Positions 54,030 through 55,975 of a stretch of DNA of 55,975 nucleotides are shown here, in pieces. The notes beneath the pieces are model-generated. The model made no database searches and had not been told where the DNA came from. It was given only the letters and a program-made list of their open reading frames with translations. The stretch is from Burkholderiales bacterium (GTDB lineage: Bacteria; Pseudomonadota; Gammaproteobacteria; Burkholderiales; SG8-41), in assembly GCA_038144955.1 (NCBI GenBank), contig JAYQOT010000006.1, forward strand, positions 1-55,975, read 5' to 3'. The translations under genes were made by a program, and so were the position numbers. Each line of letters opens with the position of its first letter. Position 1 is the first letter of the stretch.

Positions 54030-54611
54030 TCAGCCGGGTTTGCGGTCCATCCACTTGCTGACCTGCGGCTTGGTCCATTGCGCCAGCCGCTGCAGCAGGC
54101 GCGCGGGATCGTCGTCGACCACCAGCATGTCGCGATGCTCGGCGCGGACGAAGCGCTCCTCCACTGCATGGTCGAGGAATTTCATCAGCGGCGAGTAGAA
54201 GCCGGCCGTATTGAGCAGCCCCAGCGGTTTGTCGTGGACGCCAAGCTGGGTCAGGGTCATGACCTCGAACATCTCGTCATAGGTGCCGAACCCGCCCGGC
54301 AGCACGATGAAGGCATCGGCCTTGGTGGACATCATCACCTTGCGCTCGTGCATCGAGTCGGCGACATGCAGCTCGCTGAGTCCGGTGTGCACCACCTCGT
54401 GCTCGAGCAGGCGGCGCGGCGTGACGCCGATCACATAGATACCTGCGGCAAGCGCCGCCTCGGCCACCACACCCATCAGGCCGACCTTGCCGCCGCCGAA
54501 GACGATGCGATAACCGGCTGCAGCAATGGCCTGCACCAGCGCGCGGGTGGCGTCGGCATACACGGCATCCTTGCCGGTGTTGGAACCGCAGAAAATGCAG
54601 ATGGTTTTCAT
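54030..54611 (-). CDS. LOG family protein (cytokinin riboside 5'-monophosphate phosphoribohydrolase-like)
   Basis: MKTICIFCGSNTG.., ..IVFGGGKVGLMG.., ..LPGGFGTYDEMFE.. (PGGxGTxxE motif); 193 aa. Confidence 0.88.
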   Translation of the reverse strand: MKTICIFCGSNTGKDAVYADATRALVQAIAAAGYRIVFGGGKVGLMGVVAEAALAAGIYVIGVTPRRLLEHEVVHTGLSELHVADSMHERKVMMSTKADAFIVLPGGFGTYDEMFEVMTLTQLGVHDKPLGLLNTAGFYSPLMKFLDHAVEERFVRAEHRDMLVVDDDPARLLQRLAQWTKPQVSKWMDRKPG

Positions 54612-54759
54612 GAAATGCGGCTATGCGCGTCCGGAAAGCGCCCGATTGTAGTCGATTTGATCGCGTGGGAACGGGCATTTGCCCTGCAGTGAACCCCGTT
54701 TAACCCCATCCGCACCCGCCGCGCGTTTACAGCGGGACAACCTACGGAAAGGAAAACCC

Positions 54760-55975
54760 ATGAAACCGCTGAAACTGACCGCCCTCGTCGCAGCCCTCGC
54801 TGCCGCCCTGCCCGCCGTTGCCGCGCAGCCTGCGGGCGATGCGCTGACCATCTACAGCACTGCGCGCCCGGGAGCGATCTCGCCCGATTTTTATCGCGGA
54901 GGCGGCAGCGGCCAGGGCGTACCCGGCTATGCCGTGGTCCGTCACCAGCGCGACATCAGCCTCAACCGCGGCCGCAACAGCGTGCGCTTCACCGATGTCG
55001 CCGCACTGATCGACCCGACCACGGTCAGCTTCGAATCGCTTACCGATGCCCAGGGCACCAGCGTCGTCGAACAGAATTTCCAGTTCGACCTGGTCAACAC
55101 CCAGAAACTGCTGGAGAAATACATCGACCGCAGCATCAGCGTCGACCAGATCCGCGGCAGCGGCACCGAATCGTTTTCCGGCACCCTGCTCTCCACCGCC
55201 GGCGGACTGGTGCTGAAGCGCGAAGACGGCAGCATCCAGACCCTGCCGCACAACGCCGGCGTGCGCCTGCCCGAACTGCCCGGCGGACTGATCACCCGGC
55301 CGACGCTGCTGTGGGACATCGCCGCCAACCGCGCCGGCAGCCACGCTGCGCGCGTGACCTACCAGACCACCGGCATCACCTGGTGGGCCGACTACAACCT
55401 GACATACAAGGAAGGCGCCAACGCCAACGCGTGCACACTGGATGTCGGCGCCTGGGTCAGCATCATCAACAAATCCGGCGCCAGCTACCCGGATGCCAAG
55501 CTGAAACTCGTCGCCGGTGACGTGCACCGCCCGCAGCCGCAAGGCCGCGCCTACCCGGCAGCGGTTGCACAACGCGCGCTGGCGATGGAAGACCGCGCAA
55601 AAGGCTTCGAGGAAAAATCGTTCTTTGAATACCACCTCTATACGCTGGGACGCCCCACCACGCTGCCCGACAACTCGACCAAACAGATCGAACTCTTCCC
55701 CGCCGCGCGCGCCGTGCCCTGCGAAAAAACCTTGGTCTACTACGGTGCCGCCGGCGCTCGCCCCTACGGCAGCCCCGCCACCGACCGCAACTACGGCGTG
55801 CAGAGCAACAGGAAAGTCGACGTCTACCTCGGCTTCAAGAACGCCGAGGAACGCAACATGGGCATGCCGCTACCGTCAGGCCGTGTGCGCGTCTCCAAGC
55901 TCGACACCGCCGACCAGACGCTGGAATTCATCGGCGAAGACACTATCGACCACACCCCGCGCAACGAACAGGTGC
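54760..55975 (+). CDS. DUF4139-like secreted protein, N-terminal 405 codons (runs off the right edge)
   Basis: ATG at 54760 after AAGGAAAA. Signal peptide MKPLKLTALVAALAAALPAVAAQ, and a checked frame with no stop to the window end. Contains ..KSFFEYHLYTLGRPTTLPDNSTKQIELF.., which I recognise as DUF4139-like. It is absent from the track because it is open-ended. Confidence 0.65.
   Translation, partial: MKPLKLTALVAALAAALPAVAAQPAGDALTIYSTARPGAISPDFYRGGGSGQGVPGYAVVRHQRDISLNRGRNSVRFTDVAALIDPTTVSFESLTDAQGTSVVEQNFQFDLVNTQKLLEKYIDRSISVDQIRGSGTESFSGTLLSTAGGLVLKREDGSIQTLPHNAGVRLPELPGGLITRPTLLWDIAANRAGSHAARVTYQTTGITWWADYNLTYKEGANANACTLDVGAWVSIINKSGASYPDAKLKLVAGDVHRPQPQGRAYPAAVAQRALAMEDRAKGFEEKSFFEYHLYTLGRPTTLPDNSTKQIELFPAARAVPCEKTLVYYGAAGARPYGSPATDRNYGVQSNRKVDVYLGFKNAEERNMGMPLPSGRVRVSKLDTADQTLEFIGEDTIDHTPRNEQV

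Noticed and set aside
54742-55635. 297-aa minus-strand ORF near the right edge
   Set aside because: The plus strand carries a better gene here: SD, signal peptide, a DUF4139-like motif, and an open frame to the window end. The minus ORF is its shadow.

Overview
GC-rich chromosomal window with betaproteobacterial gene content and order: many Bug/TctC-type receptors, an EarP/EF-P(Arg32) pair, and a himD-rpsA-cmk-aroA-tyrA-hisC-pheA-serC-gyrA block. About two thirds is densely packed housekeeping DNA. This includes lysC, queD, rlmD, cysM, hldD/hldA, pyrF, lapAB, ihfB, rpsA and the aromatic/serine biosynthetic supraoperon. It also includes gyrA, an OmpA-family gene, mtaD-ubiG-gph, tmRNA, rlmJ, efp-earP, cspA, a LOG gene, and three tRNAs (Arg-ACG, Ser-GCT, Ser-TGA). 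Two regions look accessory. (1) A ~14-kb block (5.1-18.9 kb) holds 11 genes: seven hydrolase-fold enzymes, one ADP-forming acyl-CoA synthetase, one LVIVD beta-propeller and three orphan Bug periplasmic receptors. It has no regulator, no TctAB and no redox enzyme, and it lies against the 3' end of tRNA-Ser(UGA). (2) A minus-strand run (47.5-54.0 kb) encodes a Tat-less DMSO-reductase-family molybdoenzyme with a ferredoxin subunit and a DmsC-type anchor (SoeABC-like architecture). It is followed by a membrane-anchored DUF2726 protein and a secreted trypsin-like protease fused to TPRs. Non-coding oddities are a tandem ~189-bp structured repeat next to tRNA-Ser(GCT), a 580-bp ORF-free gyrA/ompA spacer, a palindrome-rich cspA leader behind a clear sigma70 promoter, and an 18-bp coding tandem repeat in the OmpA hinge. 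No integrase, transposase, CRISPR array or toxin-antitoxin pair was seen. All family calls rest on motifs read from the translations, since no database search was possible. The many long ORFs antisense to real genes are treated as GC-bias shadows.
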